A DNA stretch of 64,000 nucleotides from Nanobdellota archaeon. GTDB taxonomy: Archaea > Nanobdellota > Nanobdellia > Pacearchaeales > GW2011-AR1. The notes under the pieces are model-generated. The model was not told where the DNA came from. It made no database searches and worked only from the letters and a program-made list of their open reading frames with translations. Each line of letters begins with the position of its first letter. Position 1 is the first letter of the stretch. The position numbers were made by a program, and so were the translations under genes. The DNA lies in the NCBI GenBank assembly GCA_038044745.1, contig JBBSZK010000002.1, forward strand, positions 35,790 to 99,789. Direction: 5' to 3'. Below are positions 56,356 to 63,832 of the stretch, one piece after another.

Positions 56356-56682
56356 TTAGCCAGTTACAAACTGCACAACTAATGGCGCTGCCCATATTAT
56401 GACCAAACCTATGAGAACATACATTATCATCGCCTTGGCTCCTTCTCTTTTTCCTGGATCGCTTCCAGACATAATGTAGTTAGCTCCCGCCAAAAGCAAG
56501 ATTAGAACTGCAATGAAAGTAGCTGCATATTTGATAAGATTGTAAATCTTCATCACAGGCTCTAAAATTTGGTCAAAAGTCTCTTTGTCTTCATCGCTTA
56601 TAGTATCATTAAATTGTGCGGATACCAAAGGAATAAAGGACAATCCTATAAACAAAAGGACAGCAAAAGTTTGAGCTTTCAT
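56356..56682 (-). CDS. small pilin-like membrane protein (signal peptide + hydrophobic hairpin), VirB2/TrbC-like candidate
   Basis: MKAQTFAVLLFIGLSFIPLVSAQ, then two hydrophobic segments (ATFIAVLILLLAGANYIMSG, AMIMYVLIGLVIIWAAPLV). 108 aa. Confidence 0.4.
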   Translation of the reverse strand: MKAQTFAVLLFIGLSFIPLVSAQFNDTISDEDKETFDQILEPVMKIYNLIKYAATFIAVLILLLAGANYIMSGSDPGKREGAKAMIMYVLIGLVIIWAAPLVVQFVTG

Positions 56683-56870
56683 TCTTCCACCTCCTTTTCA
56701 GCTGATTGTGAACGCCACTTTTTTAGGAACTTATTGGATTGTTTGAAACGCGCCACCTCTTTTTTTAAGCCCTTTTTGTACTTGTCTTGAAAGAATCCAA
56801 AACAGGTTTCGCACAAATCTCCTTCTTGTTTTTCAATTTCTACTCCGCAAATAATGCAATTGTTTTTCAT
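56679..56870 (-). CDS. small zinc-ribbon protein
   Basis: CIICGVEIEKQEGDLCETCFGFF has CxxC...CxxC. 63 aa. Confidence 0.4.
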   Translation of the reverse strand: MKNNCIICGVEIEKQEGDLCETCFGFFQDKYKKGLKKEVARFKQSNKFLKKWRSQSAEKEVEE

Positions 56871-56962
56871 AATTGTTCGTTAGAAAGTAATTATAAAAGA
56901 AATCGGAAACCAAACGGACTACGATGTGGACTACTAAATGGACTACGAGCCAATAGTCCACT

Positions 56963-57571
56963 TTGTCCCCGACTCGTTATAAGGTTATTTTGATGGGAGA
57001 ATTCATGAAACAAAAACCATTTTCATGGAAATTTGATATACGGAAAAAGTATAGTATCATCTACGCTGACCCTCCGTGGAAATATAATACAAAAGTCAAT
57101 TACCCCACCGTTCCCATTAGAGATATTCAGAAATTCCCTATTGATCAAATTGCAGATGATAACTGCGCCTTGTTTCTCTGGGCCACCTATGCTATTCTAC
57201 CTGAATGCATAGAAACTCTCAAAAAATGGGGATTCAGATACGTTACCGTTGCATTCACGTGGGTCAAGACCAATAAAAATGACGGCAGGCCATTTTTTGG
57301 GCTAGGAGCATGGACACGAGCCAATGCAGAAGTCTGCTTATTAGGATTAAAGGGAAATGTAAAGCGAGAATCCTCAAAAGTAAAGCAAGTGGTTCTCTCC
57401 CCCTTACGCGAACACAGCCGTAAGCCTGATGAAATTCGTGATAGTATTGTAGAATTATTGGGAGACTTACCCCGTATTGAATTATTTGCTCGCCAAACCG
57501 TAAGGGGCTGGGATTGTTGGGGTAACGAAACTAAAAAATTCAACAAGGAGACTCATGGAAAGCACCATTGA
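56963..57571 (+). CDS. MT-A70-family N6-adenine DNA methyltransferase (orphan; start more likely ATG at 57005)
   Basis: YSIIYADPPWKY carries the DPPW motif. GGGAGA SD-like sequence lies upstream of the 57005 ATG. No adjacent restriction gene. Confidence 0.7.
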   Translation: MSPTRYKVILMGEFMKQKPFSWKFDIRKKYSIIYADPPWKYNTKVNYPTVPIRDIQKFPIDQIADDNCALFLWATYAILPECIETLKKWGFRYVTVAFTWVKTNKNDGRPFFGLGAWTRANAEVCLLGLKGNVKRESSKVKQVVLSPLREHSRKPDEIRDSIVELLGDLPRIELFARQTVRGWDCWGNETKKFNKETHGKHH

Positions 57572-57642
57572 AAGTGTTGATCCTGAAGAAATTATGAGAA
57601 GACTTGAGCGATTGATCGTTCTTCTGACTAAAAAATACAAAG

Positions 57643-57828
57643 TTGATAATGAAAAAGAACGTAAGACTATCGCTTAGGATAACATCAGACTTGTTAAATA
57701 ACCTTAGAAGGGAAGCTGAAGATCAAGAGACCTCAATAGCAAGCCTATGCCGAGAAAAACTGAATAATCGTTCACAATTAAATAAGATAGAGTCTATTGT
57801 CTTGGATATACAAAAGAGAGTTAAATAG
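57643..57828 (+). CDS. ribbon-helix-helix (CopG/Arc-like) DNA-binding protein
   Basis: KKNVRLSLRITSDLLNNLRREAEDQETSIASLCREKL shows a beta-strand then two helices. 61 aa. Confidence 0.45.
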   Translation: MIMKKNVRLSLRITSDLLNNLRREAEDQETSIASLCREKLNNRSQLNKIESIVLDIQKRVK

Positions 57829-57850
57829 AGAACAAATGCCAAAGACGCTT

Positions 57851-57877
57851 AAACTCGATCTCGACAATCTTTATAAA
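57851..57877 (+). repeat. copy 1 of ~25-nt repeat AAACTC-N-ATCTCGACAATC(T/C)TTA-AAA
   Basis: aaactcgatctcgacaatctttataaa. Related copies at 58621..58637 and 59195..59221. Confidence 0.5.
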
Positions 57878-57947
57878 TCGCTCCAGTCTCAGACAAATAA
57901 GGCACATTCATAAGCGAGTTTCACCGAATCTGCCAAAATGGCGCGAG

Positions 57948-57977
57948 CCCGGCAGGGGCATAAACCATTTTGGCATT
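57948..57977 (+). repeat. attR: second copy of the 30-bp direct repeat; preceded by the 11-bp inverted-repeat arm tgccaaaatgg (57931..57941), complementary to ccattttggca inside the repeat
   Basis: Exact match to 30351..30380. Confidence 0.8.
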
Positions 57978-58039
57978 AAAATTCTCGCAACCGAAATGTT
58001 TATAAATATAGCCATTATAATGGTTATAAGAATTATAAC

Positions 58040-58246
58040 ATGGAAAACACAACCATCGCGGTAAGCAACGACGTAAAAGAACAGATTAAGGAGTTCGGGA
58101 GCAAAGGCGAAACATACTCCGAGATACTAACACGATTGCTGGCGAGCGCCAGAAAAAGACAACTGCACGACCTTTTAATGAGTGAAGAAGGCACTATTCC
58201 TATAGAACAAGCCATTGCCGAGTCTAAAAGGAAATGGCAAAAGTAA
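58040..58246 (+). CDS. type II antitoxin (small DNA-binding protein) paired with the RelE-like toxin
   Basis: 68 aa. Overlaps the downstream toxin gene by 13 nt. TIAVSNDVKEQIKEFG...YSEILTRLL has an antitoxin-like fold pattern. Confidence 0.5.
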   Translation: MENTTIAVSNDVKEQIKEFGSKGETYSEILTRLLASARKRQLHDLLMSEEGTIPIEQAIAESKRKWQK

Positions 58247-58578
58247 TTATCACAGAAAGACTTAAGGAAGAGATTTACAAACAATTTAAGACCAAGTCTA
58301 CTGAAATATTCGAACTGATGTATAGCTTAAGTGAAAATCCGCATAAAGGAAAGCCACTTGGAAACGTAAGCTCGCTGGTTATAAAAGAGATAAAATATGA
58401 GAACTGTCGCTTTTATTTTATCACAGATGGGTTTAAAATAAAAATGCTTCAAAAAGAAGAATTAAGCGATTTAGTAATAAAGTTCGTGCGCATGTCAGAT
58501 AAAAAAACACAACAAAAAACCATTGATGAAATAAAAAATATTTTAAGAAAATTAGGAGAAGAAGGATTTCAGCGATAA
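58234..58578 (+). CDS. RelE/ParE-family toxin
   Basis: ENPHKGKPLGNVSSLVIKEIKYENCRFYFITDGFKIKMLQ resembles the RelE core (..P..GKPL.G....LR.G.YRiiY.i.d..i.il). Confidence 0.55.
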   Translation: MAKVIITERLKEEIYKQFKTKSTEIFELMYSLSENPHKGKPLGNVSSLVIKEIKYENCRFYFITDGFKIKMLQKEELSDLVIKFVRMSDKKTQQKTIDEIKNILRKLGEEGFQR

Positions 58579-58620
58579 TCGAGGAAATTAATTAAACACG
58601 ATAAATTTTGATTAATTATG

Positions 58621-58637
58621 TATCTCGACAATCCTTA
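58621..58637 (+). repeat. copy 2 of the repeat (tatctcgacaatcctta) between the two convergent TA cassettes
   Basis: 17-nt exact match to 59201..59217. Confidence 0.5.
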
Positions 58638-58889
58638 CTGCTCATCCTTATGATAAAACTCTAGAAACTCAATACAATTTCGATCTTTATGATAATCGTA
58701 AGAAAGCCGAAACGTTCCGCCATATAAATATACCTCGCGAGTTCCTTTTCTAGCATTACGCATTGGTTTACCAATTTCAGGATCTTCTACAATCTTCTTA
58801 ATTTTGTTTTTAACGCTCTTCTGAATTTCCGCATCTTTTACCTTAGCGACTGCACGTGTAAAGCGATCATCAAAGAGAACATCTACCAT
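58635..58889 (-). CDS. RelE/YoeB-family toxin
   Basis: EDPEIGKPMRNARKGTREVYLYGGTFRLSYDYHKDRNCIEFLEFYHKDE. 84 aa. Confidence 0.6.
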   Translation of the reverse strand: MVDVLFDDRFTRAVAKVKDAEIQKSVKNKIKKIVEDPEIGKPMRNARKGTREVYLYGGTFRLSYDYHKDRNCIEFLEFYHKDEQ

Positions 58890-59152
58890 TTCTCAAGTTC
58901 TTCAAGGAATTTATCAGCAGACAATCTTTGAAATTCCCCTTTCTCATGACGCTTATATGCTTCTTCAGTTCGCTTTGCAAATTCCAAGTCTTCTTTAAAC
59001 TGCTCGTCTAAACTATCTGCCTTCTTAAGAAGAAGTGTATTATTTTCTCGAATAATAAGTAAAGTGTCTCCTTCCTTAAATTCGTCCCGCATACTTGCAG
59101 GTATTACAATCTGACCTTTCGAACTTACCTTGGTAGTGTCTATTTGAACCAT
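58883..59152 (-). CDS. AbrB/MazE-fold (SpoVT_AbrB) antitoxin, 89 aa from MVQIDTTKVSSKGQIVIPASMR
   Basis: The swapped-hairpin motif KGQIVIPASMR is typical of the AbrB/MazE family. Stop overlaps the RelE start. The longer track ORF (163 aa) has an implausible Cys-rich N-extension. Confidence 0.55.
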   Translation of the reverse strand: MVQIDTTKVSSKGQIVIPASMRDEFKEGDTLLIIRENNTLLLKKADSLDEQFKEDLEFAKRTEEAYKRHEKGEFQRLSADKFLEELEKW

Positions 59153-59194
59153 AGTAAGATATATCTTACCCGCGTATATAAATCTTCCGTTCTT

Positions 59195-59221
59195 AAACTC
59201 TATCTCGACAATCCTTAAAAA
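59195..59221 (+). repeat. copy 3 of the repeat (aaactctatctcgacaatccttaaaaa), upstream of the AbrB antitoxin gene
   Basis: See copies 1 and 2. Confidence 0.5.
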
Positions 59222-59291
59222 CGTCCATAACATGGACACAATAAGTAGAATGCCCACTAAAATCGCATGAGGGGGGTGTTGCTCGGCAGGG

Positions 59292-59305
59292 ACATTTCTA
59301 ATCCC
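59292..59305 (+). repeat. degenerate att-like site (ctcggcagggacat, 13/14 identical to the core cggcaggggcat of attL/attR) where the low-GC DNA ends
   Basis: Abuts the pitA 3' end. Composition switches from AT-rich to ~50% GC here. Confidence 0.3.
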
Positions 59306-60300
59306 TAAAACAAACGAGCAATCAGATACGTCCCTGCGCCCACAAGTCCAGAAATAGGAATAGTCACAATCCATGCGTACACAATTTTCTTAGCAAGCTG
59401 CCAGCGAACCGCGGACTTTCGACGCACTGCCCCCGTCCCACAAATCGCCCCCGTAATAACGTGCGTGGTACTCACCGGAATACCTGCAATCGTTGAGCCA
59501 ATCACGACAAGCGAGCCAGCCGTTTCAGCACAAAAACCATTGACCGGTTGAAGCTTTGTTAAATTAAGGCCCATAGTTCGAATAACCCGTACCCCTCCCA
59601 AAAGCGTTCCAAGCGCAATAGTCGTATACGACGCAACAACAACCCAAAACGGAACGTGAAACGTCGCACCTAAAACGCCTCCGCTGAAAAGAAGAATCGT
59701 AATAATTCCAATCGTTTTCTGGGCATCGTTCGCACCATGGCTGACACTGTACGCTGTAGCCGAAAGGATTTGCAGACCTTTGAACCACGGATTTACCTGA
59801 GAACGAGAAGCATTTCTAAAAAGAAAAAAGACGAATAATTGAAACATATACGCAATGATACCTCCTAAAATAGGTGCAACAAAAATAAAAGCAATAATCT
59901 TCAAAAGCCCCGAATATATAATAGAAGCAAATCCTGCAGCGCTCACGGCGCTTCCAACAAACCCTCCAATAAGCGAGTGACTCGCGGAAATAGGCAATCC
60001 AAGATAGGTAGCAAGATATACCCAAAGAATAGAACCCACAAGACCTGCAACAACGACGAGAGGAGTCACCGCGTCAGGCAAAATAAGCCCTTTCCCAATC
60101 GTAGTAGCAACCGCAACTCCAAAAAGAAAAATGCCTGCGAAGTTTCCAAGAGCCGATAAAATAACGGCTTGCCTCAAAGAGAGAACCCTCGTAGCAACCA
60201 CGGTAGAAACCGCATTAGCCGCATCATTCAGCCCATTTCCAAAATCAAACAAAAGCGCAAGAATCACGCCGATAAGAACAAGCAAAGGAAGTTCTATCAT
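59305..60300 (-). CDS. pitA: inorganic phosphate transporter, PiT family
   Basis: GNGLNDAANAV and HGANDAQKTIG are PHO4-domain signatures. ~10 TM helices. Confidence 0.85.
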   Translation of the reverse strand: MIELPLLVLIGVILALLFDFGNGLNDAANAVSTVVATRVLSLRQAVILSALGNFAGIFLFGVAVATTIGKGLILPDAVTPLVVVAGLVGSILWVYLATYLGLPISASHSLIGGFVGSAVSAAGFASIIYSGLLKIIAFIFVAPILGGIIAYMFQLFVFFLFRNASRSQVNPWFKGLQILSATAYSVSHGANDAQKTIGIITILLFSGGVLGATFHVPFWVVVASYTTIALGTLLGGVRVIRTMGLNLTKLQPVNGFCAETAGSLVVIGSTIAGIPVSTTHVITGAICGTGAVRRKSAVRWQLAKKIVYAWIVTIPISGLVGAGTYLIARLF

Positions 60301-60301
60301 A

Positions 60302-60943
60302 TTAATCTCTTTTCATCGAAACGCTTTCAAGTGCGCGCATGGTATGATCGCATGTATCGGCGATAGCCTCAAGATGCTCATATACTTCCTTATACTGAAT
60401 TATATGAAAAGGATTACCCTTCTTCGAGAAAAGACGGAAAAGAGCCTCTCGAAATAGTTCATCAGCCTCATGTTCAAGCCGATGCACGGTGAGCGCATGA
60501 TTGTGGATATTACGAACTTTTTCAAGACGATACACACAAACCCGAACTTCTTTTGCCATAGATAAGATAACTGAAGAAAATTTTCGGATTGTTTCATCAA
60601 CCTTGGGAACATGTAAAATCAAAAGCCGTGTAGAAAACGTGGTAATGTCATCTGTAATATCATCAAGAAGGGTAGCAAGAGTATGCAAATCCTCTTTATC
60701 AATGGGAGTAATAAAACTAGAATTAAGCCGATTAATGACTGCATGCACAATTCGGTCGCCTTTATGTTCGAGGTCTTTAATGACTTGCACACGTTCCGCT
60801 CGCTGTGCAGAAGTAATTGAATCATAGTCCCCAATAAACCGATCAAGCGTCTCCGCAGCTTCACACGCAACATCAACTTGGTGCCGTAGCATGGCAAAAA
60901 ACCTATCTTGTTTGCCAAACATCCACGAAAAAAACAATCCCAT
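60302..60943 (-). CDS. PhoU-like Pit accessory protein (DUF47 family)
   Basis: 213-aa helical protein immediately upstream of pitA, the conserved Pit accessory arrangement. DLEHKGDRIVHAV block. Confidence 0.7.
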   Translation of the reverse strand: MGLFFSWMFGKQDRFFAMLRHQVDVACEAAETLDRFIGDYDSITSAQRAERVQVIKDLEHKGDRIVHAVINRLNSSFITPIDKEDLHTLATLLDDITDDITTFSTRLLILHVPKVDETIRKFSSVILSMAKEVRVCVYRLEKVRNIHNHALTVHRLEHEADELFREALFRLFSKKGNPFHIIQYKEVYEHLEAIADTCDHTMRALESVSMKRD

Positions 60944-61002
60944 AGGAAAGGCGCGAAAAAAGGCTTTTTATAATTTAGGGTATGCGGATATAACGATGAA
61001 AT

Positions 61003-61635
61003 CTAACGCATCCATCTATCTTCCCACTGTTGCATAGAATCTTCATCAAACCGATGAACAACCTTCTTTTCACGCCGCTGTGACCAAGAACGATAGACTG
61101 CCCCAAAAAACAATCCCAAAGCCATGCCCGACAAATGTGCCAAATTACCCGTGTTGTTAACCGGATTACCTGTGAAATACCCAACCGCTCCAATGATATC
61201 CCCTACGCCCCAAAAGATACCCGCGAGAAACATCGGCATGGGCATTCCAAACGCAAACACCGTAAGCGAGGGCCGAATAAGGACTAATGCCCCAATTACT
61301 CCAAAGATAGCTCCCGAAGCCCCCAAAGAAGAAGGATAAAAGAAAACCGAAAACAAATTCGCACCGATGCCTGTCACAAAATAAACTAGTAGAAAACGTT
61401 TGCCTCCCACGAGTCGCTCAAGCACTCCTCCGAAGAAGAGCAGTGCAAACATATTGTAGAGCAAGTGGCCTAGATCGCCATGCAAAAAGATAGCAGTCAC
61501 AAACCGCCAAGGTTCACCAAATGCGTGCTGATTAAGCACGAATGCATCCGTAAATCCGGGCACGGCTAGTTGAATAAAGAAAAAGAGTACACATATTCCT
61601 ATAAGCCATCCAAAATAAAATCGAAAGCGTTCCAT
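61003..61635 (-). CDS. rhomboid-family intramembrane serine protease
   Basis: GxSG catalytic GASGAIFG and His in AHLSGMALG. 6-TM topology. Confidence 0.8.
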   Translation of the reverse strand: MERFRFYFGWLIGICVLFFFIQLAVPGFTDAFVLNQHAFGEPWRFVTAIFLHGDLGHLLYNMFALLFFGGVLERLVGGKRFLLVYFVTGIGANLFSVFFYPSSLGASGAIFGVIGALVLIRPSLTVFAFGMPMPMFLAGIFWGVGDIIGAVGYFTGNPVNNTGNLAHLSGMALGLFFGAVYRSWSQRREKKVVHRFDEDSMQQWEDRWMR

Positions 61636-62337
61636 AACTTATTAAGTCAAAAGGAGAATAAAAAGCTTTATATAAACTCCCCAGAGCAACCCCGTGTGGC
61701 ACGAACGCTATTCGACTGTGTGGGTGACTGGTTTGAGAACATCGTTCAAGCACAATTTCCCGATTTACGAAAAATCCCTGACAAAAATGGAACAAGACCC
61801 GACTTTGAAGGCGACGTGTTCGACGCAGAAGGAAAAGTAGGCTTCTGGGAATACGGGTTGCAACTCAAAGAGGCCCAAGTAAAAAACTTCAAACCAATTG
61901 ACAAACCCTTAATTTATATTGCAGGGTATCACACCGCGGCAGGACTTAGAAGCGTGACTGCAAGAATGGCTGAAGAAGAAATTGATGACCTCTTACAGAG
62001 AAATGCAGGATTACATTCAGCATATGTAGTATCAAATCGTATTATAGGAAAAATATGGAAGCGAGAAAATCATACGGCTGCAAATCATCCCGAATGGAAA
62101 TACTTTTCATTAAGACCACGACACCTTGATGCAATAATTCATAACCGGCCGTTTACACGAAGAGGCATACGACATATGCCCTCTCGCCAGTATGGGCTCT
62201 GTCGCCCAGATCTGTTACTGCAACCCGCTCCGCTTCTTAACGGAAGAACGACAAAGCTCGAATTTGGAGTTATCCTTGATAAAGAAGAAGATAAACCTGC
62301 AATCGAGTACCTAAATGAAAGAGGGTTGATTTACTAG
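61570..62337 (+). CDS. hypothetical protein (start uncertain; annotated ATG overlaps the divergent rhomboid gene by 66 nt, GTG candidates at 61696 and 61720)
   Basis: ORF only; no motif recognised. Confidence 0.35.
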   Translation: MNKEKEYTYSYKPSKIKSKAFHNLLSQKENKKLYINSPEQPRVARTLFDCVGDWFENIVQAQFPDLRKIPDKNGTRPDFEGDVFDAEGKVGFWEYGLQLKEAQVKNFKPIDKPLIYIAGYHTAAGLRSVTARMAEEEIDDLLQRNAGLHSAYVVSNRIIGKIWKRENHTAANHPEWKYFSLRPRHLDAIIHNRPFTRRGIRHMPSRQYGLCRPDLLLQPAPLLNGRTTKLEFGVILDKEEDKPAIEYLNERGLIY

Positions 62338-62394
62338 CCCCAACAGCTTTTTATACCGTTTGTAAGTTCTCTATCCGAGCCGTAAGGCAAACAT

Positions 62395-62466
62395 GGCGGT
62401 TGTAGTGTACCGGTAGCACACCAGCTTGTGGCGCTGTTAGAGTGGGTTCAACTCCCACCTTCCGCT
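62395..62466 (+). tRNA. tRNA-His-like gene (anticodon GUG, encoded G-1) with two U-U mismatches in the acceptor stem
   Basis: Hand fold: G-1, acceptor GCGGUUG/CUUCCGC (5-68 and 6-67 U-U), D stem GUGU/GCAC with 7-nt loop, anticodon stem CCAGC/GCUGU, loop UUGUGGC, T arm GUGGG-UUCAACU-CCCAC, discriminator U. Lies 150 nt upstream of hisS. Confidence 0.5.
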
Positions 62467-62546
62467 TTTCCAAAAGGGGGAGTTGAACGGTTCAACTACT
62501 GAAATTCGAAGAATTGAAGTTACCGCGGAACATTGTTCTGCGAGTA

Positions 62547-62569
62547 CCCACCTTCCGCTTTTCCAAAAG
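62547..62569 (+). repeat. 23-nt direct duplicate of the tRNA-His 3' end (cccaccttccgcttttccaaaag; first copy 62454..62476), preceded by a complementary acceptor-like strand gcggaac (62525..62531)
   Basis: Exact repeat with ~70 nt between copies. The gcggaac...cttccgc pair would form a 6-bp helix. Confidence 0.6.
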
Positions 62570-62614
62570 AGGAGAACATTAGTTTTTTATAGAGCGCACA
62601 ACACCTAAGAGCGT

Positions 62615-63832
62615 ATGATATACGAACCAGACACCGTCAAGGGATTTCCCGAGTTTTTTCCCCCAGAATCACAAAAGTTCGAAGCGATAAAACGGATAGT
62701 CGAAGACGCGTTTACGCGCTACGGATTTATCCCTCTCAAAACACCCACAATTGAATTCGACGAACTTGCACGAGCCGAAAATCAAGGTACAGAAGATGAA
62801 GCAGTATCTGACCGATTTAAACTCCAGGACAAAGGCGGACGCAACCTCACACTCAGACACGAATTTACCTACCAACTTGCGCGCGTATTCAAACAGCATC
62901 AGGACATCAAGCTCCCCTTTAGACGCTACCAAATAGGTTCGGTCTTCAGAGACGAGCCTACGGCAACTGGAAGATACCGCGAATTCACCCAATGCGATAT
63001 CGACATTTTAGGAGACAGTTCCATTGAAGCCGACGCCGAATGTTTAGCCGCAGCAAGCGATATCCTAAAGGCGCTTGGTATCGACGCAAACATCCAAATA
63101 AACAACCGCAAATTAATGAATGCGATTCTAGACAGCGTACAAATTGTACAAAAAAAAGAGGTCATGCGAGAACTCGATAAATTAGACAAACTCGGCGAAG
63201 ACACCGTCAAGCTCAATCTCAAAAAATATGCCGACGCTAATCAGATTATCACTCTATTCAAACTCCTCGAAAAAGATTTAGCGTTTTTTATGAAAAACCT
63301 CTTTGACGGTGCAGAAGAGTTATTTAAGCTGAAGGACCTTGGAAAATGGTACGGCTACACAGTAAAGTTTAACCCGTTTCTTATGCGAGGGCTTTCGTAC
63401 TACACAGGCAACGTGTTCGAATGCAAAGTTAAAGAGAGCAAAAACTCCATCGCGGGAGGAGGAAGATATGCAGGCGTTGCAGGCAAGTTCATTAGACGAG
63501 AAATTCCTTCGGTAGGCATTTCGTTCAGCATTGAACGACTTATGGACTATGCAAAAATCCCAATCAGAAAAACAAAAGTGATTATTATCTCGATAGAACA
63601 ACCGCATGCAGCCATTCTCCTTGCACAAAAGTTGCGACATGAAGGCATTCCTGCGATTACGTCATTTGAAAAAGTCGGCAAAGCACTCGAATATGCCAAT
63701 GCTTATGACATTTCATTCGCGATATTTGTTGGCAAAGATGAGATAAAGAAGAAGAAGTTCAAATTAAAAGACCTCCAATCGGGTGTTGAAAAAGAGATAT
63801 CCGAAAGCACACTCTTCAAACAGCTACGTTAG
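62615..63832 (+). CDS. hisS: histidyl-tRNA synthetase
   Basis: Motif 2 YQIGSVFRDE...GRYREFTQCDIDI, motif 3 GGGRYAGVAG. C-terminal anticodon-binding domain. Confidence 0.9.
   Translation: MIYEPDTVKGFPEFFPPESQKFEAIKRIVEDAFTRYGFIPLKTPTIEFDELARAENQGTEDEAVSDRFKLQDKGGRNLTLRHEFTYQLARVFKQHQDIKLPFRRYQIGSVFRDEPTATGRYREFTQCDIDILGDSSIEADAECLAAASDILKALGIDANIQINNRKLMNAILDSVQIVQKKEVMRELDKLDKLGEDTVKLNLKKYADANQIITLFKLLEKDLAFFMKNLFDGAEELFKLKDLGKWYGYTVKFNPFLMRGLSYYTGNVFECKVKESKNSIAGGGRYAGVAGKFIRREIPSVGISFSIERLMDYAKIPIRKTKVIIISIEQPHAAILLAQKLRHEGIPAITSFEKVGKALEYANAYDISFAIFVGKDEIKKKKFKLKDLQSGVEKEISESTLFKQLR

Larger units (their letters stand above)
30351..57977 (+). mobile_element. integrated element (~27.6 kb) in the 3' end of tRNA-Glu, bounded by 30-bp direct repeats, integrase adjacent to attL, markedly lower GC than flanks
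   Basis: Evidence is the attL/attR repeat pair, the tyrosine recombinase at 30446..31594 and the cargo. The cargo comprises R-M and defense genes, an RHS toxin, VirB4/VirB6-like transfer genes and an orphan methylase. AT-rich composition from ~31.6 kb onward. Confidence 0.8.

Noticed and set aside
57931-57975. 11-bp inverted repeat (tgccaaaatgg / ccattttggca) spanning attR as an independent feature such as a terminator or Xis/Int binding hairpin
   Set aside because: The right arm is part of the att repeat itself. Noted within the attR feature but not called separately because function cannot be inferred from sequence.
61570-61635. 66-nt overlap between divergent rhomboid and hypothetical gene starts
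   Set aside because: Probably an artefact of choosing the first ATG. In-frame GTG codons at 61696 and 61720 give non-overlapping starts. Not treated as a genuine antisense overlap.
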